Source of the DNA: Bacillota bacterium
Lineage (GTDB): Bacteria > Bacillota > Sulfobacillia > JAUYEG01
Assembly: GCA_030691505.1 (NCBI GenBank)
Contig: JAUYEG010000087.1
Coordinates: forward strand, 2,476-66,475
Direction of reading: 5' to 3'
DNA: 64,000 nt
A model generated the notes under the pieces. The model was given only the letters and a program-made list of their open reading frames with translations. It ran no database searches and was not told the origin of the DNA. Each line of letters opens with the position of its first letter. The first letter of the stretch is position 1. Positions 45,010-53,643 of this stretch are shown piece by piece. Made by a program: the position numbers and the translations under genes.

Positions 45010-45945
45010 TTGGATATCGAGCTGGGCTGGCTGAGAACCGAGTTTGAGCGTGACGGGTACATCTGCGGCATGGAAGTGCTGCTGCCGGTGTATCTTGCTC
45101 TGCGTCTCGGAAAACCCCTGCTGATCGAAGGGGCTCCCGGGGTGGGCAAGACCGAGGTTGCCAAGGTGCTGGCGCGCGTGCTTGGGGCGGAGCTTATCCG
45201 GCTGCAGTGCTATGAGGGCCTCGACGAGAACAAAGCCCTCTATGAATGGAACTACCAGCGTCAGTTGCTGCGGATCCAGCTCAGCCGGTCGATCGCAGCG
45301 GCGGGCGGGCCCGCTGCCGGTGTCGGTGCCGATGCCGATCCCGAGCTCGAGCTGGAGCGCGATCTTTTCTCACACGAATACCTGCTGATGCGGCCGCTCC
45401 TTCGCGCCATCCGCTCACCCGAACGTCCTGTGCTGCTTGTGGACGAGGTCGACAAGGTTGATGAGGCCTTCGAGGCTTTCCTGTTTGAGCTCCTCTCGGA
45501 CTTCCAGGTTTCGATTCCGGAGCTGGGCACGGTAACGGCCAACCACGTGCCGGTGGTCGTGCTGACCTCCAACAGCGAGCGGGACCTGTCCGACGGGCTC
45601 AAGCGGCGGTGCATCTACCTCTACATCGACTTCCCGGACGTAGACCGCGAAGTCCGCATCATCCAGGTCAAGGTGCCCGGCACGAGCGAATTGCTCGCCC
45701 AACAGGTAGCTGCGGCGATGCGTTTTCTGCGTACAGAGATGGACCTTCGCAAGAAACCGTCCATCGCCGAGGCCCTCGACTGGGCGCGGGCCCTGGTGGC
45801 GCTTGGCATCGAGCGCATCGGCGAAAAGGACGCCTCGGACACGGCCAGTCTGGTGCTCAAGAACCGCGACGACCTCTCCGCCCTGAGGCGCGAAATCGCG
45901 GCGCACGGCGTCCAGCGCCTGCTGGGCAGGCAGGACCAGCCTTGA
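45010..45945 (+). CDS. MoxR-family AAA+ ATPase (CoxD-like)
   Basis: Walker A GAPGVGKT and Walker B LLVDEVDK. Confidence 0.85.
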   Translation: MDIELGWLRTEFERDGYICGMEVLLPVYLALRLGKPLLIEGAPGVGKTEVAKVLARVLGAELIRLQCYEGLDENKALYEWNYQRQLLRIQLSRSIAAAGGPAAGVGADADPELELERDLFSHEYLLMRPLLRAIRSPERPVLLVDEVDKVDEAFEAFLFELLSDFQVSIPELGTVTANHVPVVVLTSNSERDLSDGLKRRCIYLYIDFPDVDREVRIIQVKVPGTSELLAQQVAAAMRFLRTEMDLRKKPSIAEALDWARALVALGIERIGEKDASDTASLVLKNRDDLSALRREIAAHGVQRLLGRQDQP

Positions 45946-47291
45946 GCATACGGCGGGCCGCCCGCGGGACATCCGCCGGGCGGAACGTTCTGCGGTTTGT
46001 CGGCACCCTGCGGTCGCTGGGCGTTCCGGCAGGCAGCGGCGAGGTGCTTGACGCGATGGCCGCCCTGCACCACGTGAACATGCGGGACCGGTCACAGGTC
46101 AAGCTGGTCCTGTCCGCCGCTCTCGCAAAGGATGAGCGTTCGCGGTCGATCTTTGACCAGGCGTTTGACCTGTACTTCGTTTCCGCCGAGCAGGCTGCGG
46201 TGCGCGCCAGGGCCAGAGAGGCCGAGGGACAGGCCCGTGCGCGGCGGATCGCCCAGAGCGAGGCCGAACTCCGCTTTCAGGGCCAGAGCCTTGAACTGAG
46301 CGGCGAACACCGTGAGACGTATGCGCAGCTATCCCAGGCCCAGCAGGAACGGCTGCGTGAGTTCCTGTCCCGGTCGTCCGGCGGTCACGGGGTAGACGCG
46401 TCTTTCCTGCCGCTAATCGAGCATATCGTGCGCGGCCACCTGGAGAGGTGGCGTCAGGGGATTGAGAACGGGCCGGGCGGACCCTCGACCGGTGACGAAA
46501 TCGCCGACGACGTCGTCCGCATGGTCCGCGCCGGCAGCGGCTCCGGCGGCGACCCGCTGCTGTACGTCGACATCAAGGACATCTCCGAGGCCGACATGCC
46601 GCGGGCCCGCGTGCTGTTGCGGCGGCTGGCCAAGCGGCTGGCGACCCGCGTGATGCGCCGGTACCGGCGGGCCAGGGCCGGTGACAGGGTCGACTTTCGC
46701 CGCACCGTGCGGGCCAATCTGCGCTACGGAGGCGTGCCGGTCGAGCTGCGTTTCAGCCGCAGGAAGGTTCTCAAGCCCAAGATCGTGCTTGTATGTGACG
46801 TCTCGGGGTCGATGAGCCGCTATGCCTCGTTTATCCTGCAGTTTAGCTACGGCCTGGCCAAAGTGGTGCGGGACCTCGAGGCCTTTTTGTTCGCCGAGGA
46901 TCTCGAGCGTGTTTCCGAGCAGTTGCGGGATGCCGCCGACGTCGAGCTGACGATCGGGCGCCTGCTGGAGAGCAGCCGCGTCTGGGGCAAGGGCACCAAC
47001 CTGGCGGTCGCCCTACGCCGCCTCAACGCGGAACACCGGCAGGTCCTCACCGGAGACGCGCTCGTACTGGTGGTCAGCGACACCAAGACGCTGGCAGTCA
47101 CGGAGGCGGCGGCGATCCTGGCGGAAATGAGCCGCCGGGTGCGCGACATCGTCTGGCTCAACACGGTGCCCGCCAGCGAGTGGCCGGGGCTGCCGACCGT
47201 GGCCGCCCTCGCGCCGCACGTGCGCATGTACGAGTGCAGCACCCTCGCGGACTTGGACAGGGTCCTCAGGCTCACCATGGACATCGCCTAG
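45942..47291 (+). CDS. VWA-domain protein (CoxE-like), partner of the MoxR ATPase
   Basis: MIDAS-containing VWA region (VLVCDVSGSMSRY). TTG start overlaps the MoxR stop as TTGA. Confidence 0.75.
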   Translation: MSIRRAARGTSAGRNVLRFVGTLRSLGVPAGSGEVLDAMAALHHVNMRDRSQVKLVLSAALAKDERSRSIFDQAFDLYFVSAEQAAVRARAREAEGQARARRIAQSEAELRFQGQSLELSGEHRETYAQLSQAQQERLREFLSRSSGGHGVDASFLPLIEHIVRGHLERWRQGIENGPGGPSTGDEIADDVVRMVRAGSGSGGDPLLYVDIKDISEADMPRARVLLRRLAKRLATRVMRRYRRARAGDRVDFRRTVRANLRYGGVPVELRFSRRKVLKPKIVLVCDVSGSMSRYASFILQFSYGLAKVVRDLEAFLFAEDLERVSEQLRDAADVELTIGRLLESSRVWGKGTNLAVALRRLNAEHRQVLTGDALVLVVSDTKTLAVTEAAAILAEMSRRVRDIVWLNTVPASEWPGLPTVAALAPHVRMYECSTLADLDRVLRLTMDIA

Positions 47292-47334
47292 GCGGTGACC
47301 GGACAGGGAGGAATGGCCGGCTACGGCCTGCGAC

Positions 47335-48654
47335 ATGGAACAGGACAAGTTTGACCTCATCGTGGTTGGAGCGGGCCCGGCCGGGGCCGCGGCAGCGATG
47401 CGGGCAGCCCGGGCGGGGCTCGACGTCGTGCTCCTTGAGCGAGGAAGCAGCCCCGGAGGCAAGAACGTGATGGGCGGCGTGATGTACGGCCACGCCCTGC
47501 GCGATGCCATCCCGGACTTTGACCCGCGGACTGCCCCGCTGGAGCGTACCGTTGCCGAGCAAGGGTACTGGTTGCTTACCGGAGAGGACGCGCTCCGGGT
47601 CAGCTACAGGTCGCCGAGGCACGCCGCGCCGCCGGAGAACTGCTTTACCGTGCTGCGCGCCAGGTTTGACCCCTGGTTTGCCGGGCAGGCCGAGGAGGCC
47701 GGCGCCATGATGCTCACCGGCACCACGGTCACCGGGCTCATCCGGCGCAACGAAGACCCGCGGGGCCAGGTGATCGGGGTGCGGACCGATCGGCCGGACG
47801 GAGATCTGTTGGCCGACGCCGTGATCGTCGCCAGCGGGGTCCATGCGTTGCCGGAGCTGCTTGCCGCCCGTCCGCACGGCGATCTGCGGCCCGACCAGGT
47901 TGCGCTCGCGGTCAAGGAAGTCGTGCACCTGGGGGAGGAAGAGGTCGGCCGGCGGTTTGCGCTCGCGCCCGGTCAGGGCGCGGCGTACGAGCTGCTGGGC
48001 ACAATCACGCGCGGGCTTCCGGGCGTCGGTTTCCTCTATACCAATCGTGACACGGTCTCGATTGGTGCCGGCGTCGTGCTTGCCGACCTGGCCGCCGCCG
48101 GGCTCAAGCCCTACGAGCTTCTCGACGGGGTCAAGGAGCATCCCATGCTGCGGCCTTTCCTTGACGGTGGAGACGTTGTCGAATACTCCGCGCACCTGAT
48201 TCCGGAGGCGGGCCACGCCGGGCTTCCCGACCTGGCCGGTGACGGGTTGCTGGTGGCCGGCGATGCGGCGGGCCTGGTAAACAGCTTGCGCCGTGAAGGC
48301 TCCAATCTCGCGATCACCTCCGGCCTGCTCGCCGCCGACGCCGTGATCCACGCGCGCGAGACTGGCGATTCCTCGGCCCGGGGTCTCGCGGGCTACGCCG
48401 AGTCCCTAGGGCGCAGCTTTGTGCTGCAGGACCTGCGGAGGTACCGCCAGGCCATGCCCTATTTGCGCGCCCACCCCGAATTCTTCGGCCTCTACCCGGA
48501 GCTGGCGGCAATTGCGGCGGATAGCGTCTTCCTCGCCACCGGCGAGCCCCGGCGGCAGCGCGCCCGAAAGTTGATTGCCGAGCTTAGGCGGCGTCGGAGC
48601 CCGCTGCGCGCCCTGCGCGACCTGTGGGGGCTGTGGCGGGCCCTGAACGGCTGA
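47335..48654 (+). CDS. fixC: FAD-dependent oxidoreductase FixC (ETF-quinone oxidoreductase-like)
   Basis: FDLIVVGAGPAGAAAA FAD motif and FixC-family length/architecture. Confidence 0.85.
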   Translation: MEQDKFDLIVVGAGPAGAAAAMRAARAGLDVVLLERGSSPGGKNVMGGVMYGHALRDAIPDFDPRTAPLERTVAEQGYWLLTGEDALRVSYRSPRHAAPPENCFTVLRARFDPWFAGQAEEAGAMMLTGTTVTGLIRRNEDPRGQVIGVRTDRPDGDLLADAVIVASGVHALPELLAARPHGDLRPDQVALAVKEVVHLGEEEVGRRFALAPGQGAAYELLGTITRGLPGVGFLYTNRDTVSIGAGVVLADLAAAGLKPYELLDGVKEHPMLRPFLDGGDVVEYSAHLIPEAGHAGLPDLAGDGLLVAGDAAGLVNSLRREGSNLAITSGLLAADAVIHARETGDSSARGLAGYAESLGRSFVLQDLRRYRQAMPYLRAHPEFFGLYPELAAIAADSVFLATGEPRRQRARKLIAELRRRRSPLRALRDLWGLWRALNG

Positions 48655-48715
48655 CGGGACTGACGGGACTGACGGGAGATAACTGACGGGATGACTGGTG
48701 GGAGGTAGCTGACGG
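48650..48715. repeat. about 5 tandem copies of CTGACGG(GA) immediately after the fixC stop
   Basis: Read directly: ctgacgggactgacgggactgacgggagataactgacggg...gctgacgg. Confidence 0.6.
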
Positions 48716-48735
48716 TTGGGGATGGAGGGTAACCG

Positions 48736-49053
48736 ATGTCCGAGGACAATCGCAGCCCGGTCCGCCGGATGACTGTCGCCGACCGGCTGTTTTTGGTGTC
48801 GTTCAGGCCGGCCCACGAGAGCCATCTGCGGGCAAAAGACCCGGGGCTGTGCGCGGAGTGCGTGGGGCGCCCGTGCACGACGGTCTGCCCCGCCGCCGTG
48901 TATGAATGGCTTGAGGACACGGACGGGGCAAGGCTGGTCATATCCTTCGAAAACTGCCTGGAGTGCGGCGCGTGCCGCCTGGCTTGCCCGGAACGCAACA
49001 TCGACTGGGCCTATCCGCCGAGCGGGCACGGGGTTACCTACCGGTACGGCTAG
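48736..49053 (+). CDS. fixX: ferredoxin-like protein FixX
   Basis: CAECVGRPCTTVCP and CLECGACRLACP cysteine motifs. 105 aa. Confidence 0.8.
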   Translation: MSEDNRSPVRRMTVADRLFLVSFRPAHESHLRAKDPGLCAECVGRPCTTVCPAAVYEWLEDTDGARLVISFENCLECGACRLACPERNIDWAYPPSGHGVTYRYG

Positions 49054-49162
49054 CGAGCGGCAGGCGAATGAGTTGAGTTGGGGAGAATGAAGGCCGGGGG
49101 TGCGGAGTGTTTCGGACCCACCTGCTTCGCAGCAAGCAGATGCTGGAGCGACCTGGGTTGCA

Positions 49163-49192
49163 GCGAGCAGGTGCCGGGCCCGACCTGCTCGC
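49163..49192. terminator. 10-bp perfect stem hairpin GCGAGCAGGT-(10 nt)-ACCTGCTCGC between convergent fixX and the HD gene
   Basis: Read directly. No U-tract. Overlaps the HD gene stop. Confidence 0.35.
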
Positions 49193-49806
49193 TACAGAGC
49201 AGTAAAAGGCTTGATGGTCACCGCTCCGGTCACCGCCCCCGCGACGAGCGCTTCTAGCTGCCTTGTGCTGAGGCAGGCCATGCCGGCCAGCTGGCGGAGG
49301 ATGGTCTCGGCCCCGGGGATGCAGAGACGGATGTCATATTCATGGCCGTAGCGCCGTTCGAGGTCCCGCATTCGCCCGCTGAAACCGAGCCACGTTCGCC
49401 CGACCAGCTTGTCGGCGGTAAACACGACCTGCTCGACGGGGCTGACCGGTGGGGCAGGGCCCAGGACGGACCCGAGCGCGTGCCGCCCAACAACCCCGGC
49501 CAGTTGCCGGAGCGGATCTCCCGCCGCCTCCAGCAGAAATGCCCCCAGCTCGGCGTGATCCATGGCGGCCAGGACAGGCCGCGGCCGGCCGGTCAAAGAG
49601 GCGGCCAGCTCCACCGCCAGGGGTGCGCGGCCGACGTCGTGCAGCAGGGCGCATGCAAGGCACTCGGCCTTATCGATCCGGCAGAGGACGGCGAGTTCGC
49701 CGGCGGTACGCGCCACCAGCTCGAGATGGCCGAGCAGCCCCGGTCCCGCAGCCACACTTCTGAGCAGAAGCCGGCATTCAGTTACCGAAGGCATCAGATG
49801 ACCCAC
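49192..49806 (-). CDS. HD-domain protein
   Basis: LLHDVGR motif. GTG start with a GGAGGAA RBS (the track start at 49893 is probably an extension). Confidence 0.55.
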   Translation of the reverse strand: MGHLMPSVTECRLLLRSVAAGPGLLGHLELVARTAGELAVLCRIDKAECLACALLHDVGRAPLAVELAASLTGRPRPVLAAMDHAELGAFLLEAAGDPLRQLAGVVGRHALGSVLGPAPPVSPVEQVVFTADKLVGRTWLGFSGRMRDLERRYGHEYDIRLCIPGAETILRQLAGMACLSTRQLEALVAGAVTGAVTIKPFTAL

Positions 49807-49899
49807 CGCGCATTCCTCCTGCCTCGACCGGATACCCCCGGCGCGAAGCCAAACAATATTCAGCCTGCTTAACAGGGCGTTATGCCGGGCCAAGCTTTA

Positions 49900-50045
49900 C
49901 CTCAAGATTCACCGCGTGATACACTCAAACCACGGCACACCACATTATGTTAACACAAGATTCGCAGAAGTCAGAATACCTGAATTACACTAACTTTAGG
50001 CGTTTGCGTTCGCGCCTGCCCTGATGCAGGAGTGATTCTTGCATG
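49900..50045 (+). promoter_or_regulatory. relatively AT-rich leader of the acs cluster, with palindromes TGTTAACA and ATGCAGGAGTGATTCTTGCAT
   Basis: Read directly. The second palindrome spans the AGGAG RBS and the ATG of the first gene. Confidence 0.4.
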
Positions 50046-50804
50046 CAACGAAGCTTGCGCCGTGTTTTTGGGCCGTGCCGGGACGAGTTCCCGGCGGATG
50101 CGATGACAGATCCGTCTGCCCGGCTTGCGCCGTTCGGCGGCAGTCTGGCCGCAAGCCGGCTGGACGTTTTTGAGCGCGCCCGTACTGCGCTTTTGGCGCT
50201 ATCGCCGGATGAAACCGCCAGCCGCACCGGGGCATGCCTTCGCCCCGGCGGAGTCACCGTCGACTTCCTTGGCGGCACTTACGACGTGGACTTCGCGCGC
50301 GGCGTCGTGCGCCATCTTCTGTCCGGCCCGGGGGCCGCGGACGACCTGACGGTCAACACCCTTATCCTACATTACCTTCTGTTGGCCGATGGGTCTCCGC
50401 TGTCGGGGTGCAACGCCTCCTATCGGGAGTTTCCAGGTGCCCAGATCTACTACGGGCCGTTCCTGGCCAGGACGGTCACGCCGCTGGTCGGCGCCTTCGG
50501 GGCCCGGTCGCACGTCCTGCTCCAGGCCGGGGAGCGCCTTGGAGGTCGTCCGGTGCCGCTTGGAGATGCGGCCGTTGTGCTCGACGTGTTTCCCAGGCTT
50601 CCGATGACCTTCGTCGTGTGGTCCGGGGATGACGAGGTGCCGGCATCGGGGAGCGTTCTTTTCGACGGGTCGGCGGCCGGCTATCTGCCGCTTGAGGACC
50701 TCGTCATCGCGGCCTCGTTGGCCGTCGCGGCTTTGCGCCGGGCCGCGCCGGAAGCACCGCCGACGGCGCCGACAGGAGGTGGGGGACCGTGCACGAGGCA
50801 CTAG
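50043..50804 (+). CDS. DUF3786-like protein commonly found at the head of CODH/ACS clusters
   Basis: TALLALSPDETASRTGACLRPGGVTVDFLGGTYDVDF matches the DUF3786 pattern (from memory). AGGAG RBS lies upstream of ATG 50043. Confidence 0.5.
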   Translation: MQRSLRRVFGPCRDEFPADAMTDPSARLAPFGGSLAASRLDVFERARTALLALSPDETASRTGACLRPGGVTVDFLGGTYDVDFARGVVRHLLSGPGAADDLTVNTLILHYLLLADGSPLSGCNASYREFPGAQIYYGPFLARTVTPLVGAFGARSHVLLQAGERLGGRPVPLGDAAVVLDVFPRLPMTFVVWSGDDEVPASGSVLFDGSAAGYLPLEDLVIAASLAVAALRRAAPEAPPTAPTGGGGPCTRH

Positions 50805-51619
50805 GCCATGGCCAGGGCGGAGGCGGCGGCACGAGGCCGCTGTCGGGCCGCATCGCCGTCGCAGGCAAGGGTGGCGTCGGCAAGACGACCATCTCCGCCG
50901 GACTGGCCCGGCTGCTGGCCCGCGAGGGCGCGGCCGTCTATGCCGTCGACGCCGACCCCGATGTCAGCCTCGGCCTGGCTTTGGGGGTTCCGGCTCAAGA
51001 CCTGGCGGCCCTGCCGCCGATCATCGCCGCGCGCGATCTCGTCCTTTCGAGGACGGGGGAGGGGACGATGCTACTCCTCAACCCCGCAGTTGACGACCTG
51101 CTATCGAGCTACGGGCTCTGGCATGAGGGCATCCGGCTGTTCCGCATGGGCGGCGTCAAGGGCGGGGGGACCGCGTGCTACTGCCCCGAGAACTCGTTTC
51201 TGCGGGCGATGCTGTCCTCGATCGTCCTGCGCAAGGGCGAGATGGTCCTGCTTGACATGGGGGCCGGCATCGAGCATCTGACCCGAGGAACGGCGCGCGG
51301 GGTCGACCTGATGCTCATCGTCACCGAATCGGGGCGGGCGAGCCTCGACACCGCGGCCACCATCGGACGCCTTGCGGCTCAAATAGGGGTGCGCGAGATC
51401 CGCTACGTCGGCAACAAGGTTCGTAACGAGCTCGAACGCCAGGCGATGCGAGCCGCGTTTGGCGACAAGCTCGCAGCCATGATCGGCCTGCATGAAGAGG
51501 TCATGGACGCCGCCGCGGGCGGGCGGGCGGGCGATCTGGAGGGGCCGTTCGGCCACCAGCTTAAGGAGCTTCTAGGAAAGGTTCTATCTATCGTATCCAT
51601 GTCCCAAGAGACGAGGTGA
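50789..51619 (+). CDS. cooC: CODH nickel-insertion accessory ATPase
   Basis: GKGGVGKTT P-loop and CYCPEN motif. GTG start with a GGAGGTGGGGG RBS. Confidence 0.85.
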   Translation: MHEALGHGQGGGGGTRPLSGRIAVAGKGGVGKTTISAGLARLLAREGAAVYAVDADPDVSLGLALGVPAQDLAALPPIIAARDLVLSRTGEGTMLLLNPAVDDLLSSYGLWHEGIRLFRMGGVKGGGTACYCPENSFLRAMLSSIVLRKGEMVLLDMGAGIEHLTRGTARGVDLMLIVTESGRASLDTAATIGRLAAQIGVREIRYVGNKVRNELERQAMRAAFGDKLAAMIGLHEEVMDAAAGGRAGDLEGPFGHQLKELLGKVLSIVSMSQETR

Positions 51620-51630
51620 GTGGTCAAGAC

Positions 51631-53631
51631 ATGAGCGAGGAGAAAACTCAGCAGGCGGCTCGCACGGTTTCGCGGCGGCCCGCCGACGCCAAGCGCACGT
51701 GCGATCCGGCAGCGATGGAGATGCTGGAGTGCGCGGCGTGCCGCGGCGAGCAGACGATGTTCGACCGCTACGTGGCCCAGTCCCCCCAGTGCCCGTTCGG
51801 CTTGGCCGGCATCTGCTGCCGGATCTGCATTCAGGGGCCGTGCCGGATCAACCCCCGGCGGCCCGGGGCGGACAAGGGCATCTGCGGCGCGAGCGAGTAC
51901 ACCATCGTGGCCCGCAACATCGCCCGGTACGTAGCCGGTGGGGCCGCATGCCACTCGGATCACGGCCGTCACGCCGCACTTACGCTGCTGCACGCGGCGG
52001 AGGGCAAGCTGCCCGACTACAAGCTGACCGACACGGCAAAGCTGCGCGTGGTCGCTGAGCGCATCCGCGTCCAGACGAGCGGCCGGAGCGACAATGAGGT
52101 GGCCAAGGAAGTCGCCCTCGCGGCCCTGGCCGACTACGCGGACCGCTACGGCGAGCCGTGCCGCTGGCTGTCGAGTACGATCACGGCCGGCAGGCAGGAC
52201 AAGTTTAAGCACTGCGACATCGCCCCGGACGGGATCGACAAGGCTATCGTCCAGGTCCTTCACCGCACCGCGATGGGCATGGACGCTGACCCTGTCAGCA
52301 TCATCTTCGGAGCGCTGCGCACCGCGCTGGCCGACTACACCGGCATGCACATCGCCACCGACATCACCGACATTCTCTTCGGCACGCCGGAGCCGGTGGT
52401 GTCCGAGGCAAACCTTGGCGTAATCGATCCGGAATACGTCAACCTGGCCATCCACGGCCACAACCCGATCTTGTCCGAGGTCGTGGTGGACGCGGCCAGA
52501 AACCTCAAGTCCGAGGCGGTTGCGGTCGGAGCCAAGGGCGTCAACGTCGTCGGCATCTGCTGCACCGGCAACGAGTTGCTGATGCGTGAGGGAGTCTACC
52601 TCGCGGCCAACCAGAGCTCTCAGGAGTTGGCGGTGATGACCGGAGCCGTGGATGCGATGCTCGTCGATATCCAGTGCATCGCGCCTTCCGTCCGCGCCGT
52701 GTGCGAGTGCTACCATACCAAGCTGATAACGACGGCGGATATCGCCAAGATTCCCGGTAGCCATCACTTTGATTTCCGCGAGGACCGGGCGCTCGAGACG
52801 GCCGAGGCAATGGTGCGCCTCGCGGTCGCCGCGTTCGCCGAGCGGGACCCCGAGAAGATCCACATTCCCAAGCACAAGGCGACCGTCATAGCCGGTTGGA
52901 GCCTGGAGGCGCTTTTGGATGTCTTCTCCAAGGTCAACCCGGAGAGCCCGGTGGCGGTCCTGACGGATGCGATCCGCAGCGGCGAGCTCAAGGGCGTGTG
53001 CCTTTTGGCCGGGTGCAACAACCTCAAGGGGCCGCACGACGAGGGCCATCTGACGGTGGCCAGGGAACTCGCCAAGAACGATGTGTTCATGGTGGCGACC
53101 GGGTGCTCGGCCGGGGCGTTCGCCAAGGCAGGCATGATGAACCCCGACGCCGTCGAGCGCTATGCCGGCCGCGGCCTCAAGGCCTTCCTCGCCCGCCTGT
53201 CAGCGGCTGCCGCCCCCAAGCACGGGCTTCCGCTCATTTTCCACATGGGTTCATGCGTTGACAACACCAGGGCTCAGGACCTGCTGACACTGATGGCCAA
53301 GGAGCTCGGCGTGGACACCCCAAAGGTGCCGTTCGTGGCCAGCGCGCCCGAGGCCATGCACGAAAAGGCAGTATCTATCGGGTCCGGGTGCGTCGCGCTC
53401 GGAATCCCGACCCACGTGGGAGTCATGCCGCACATCGAGGGCAGCCAGCTCGTCTACGGGGTGGCGACCCAGATCGCGCGCGACGTCTACGGCGGGTTCT
53501 TCATATTCGAAACCGATCCGACCAAAGGGGCCCTGAAGCTGATTGAGGCCCTCGACTACCGCAGCTGGAAGCTGCGTGTACATCACGAAGCCGCGACCCG
53601 GTACGGCACCGCGGTCGCCACCAGCTGGTAG
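51631..53631 (+). CDS. acsA: anaerobic carbon-monoxide dehydrogenase catalytic subunit
   Basis: N-terminal B/D-cluster cysteines (CPFGLAGICCRICIQGPC) and C-cluster ligand regions (GICCTGNE, HMGSCVDN). About 667 aa. Confidence 0.9.
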   Translation: MSEEKTQQAARTVSRRPADAKRTCDPAAMEMLECAACRGEQTMFDRYVAQSPQCPFGLAGICCRICIQGPCRINPRRPGADKGICGASEYTIVARNIARYVAGGAACHSDHGRHAALTLLHAAEGKLPDYKLTDTAKLRVVAERIRVQTSGRSDNEVAKEVALAALADYADRYGEPCRWLSSTITAGRQDKFKHCDIAPDGIDKAIVQVLHRTAMGMDADPVSIIFGALRTALADYTGMHIATDITDILFGTPEPVVSEANLGVIDPEYVNLAIHGHNPILSEVVVDAARNLKSEAVAVGAKGVNVVGICCTGNELLMREGVYLAANQSSQELAVMTGAVDAMLVDIQCIAPSVRAVCECYHTKLITTADIAKIPGSHHFDFREDRALETAEAMVRLAVAAFAERDPEKIHIPKHKATVIAGWSLEALLDVFSKVNPESPVAVLTDAIRSGELKGVCLLAGCNNLKGPHDEGHLTVARELAKNDVFMVATGCSAGAFAKAGMMNPDAVERYAGRGLKAFLARLSAAAAPKHGLPLIFHMGSCVDNTRAQDLLTLMAKELGVDTPKVPFVASAPEAMHEKAVSIGSGCVALGIPTHVGVMPHIEGSQLVYGVATQIARDVYGGFFIFETDPTKGALKLIEALDYRSWKLRVHHEAATRYGTAVATSW

Positions 53632-53643
53632 GGGGGAGCCGGT

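Noticed and set aside
48650-48715. CRISPR array
   Set aside because: The repeats are only 8-9 nt, directly tandem without spacers, and no cas genes are present.
49948-49955. Rex operator at the acs promoter
   Set aside because: TGTTAACA is only a partial match to the 18-bp TTGTTAANNNNTTAACAA consensus. It is retained as a low-confidence note inside a finding rather than called as a feature.
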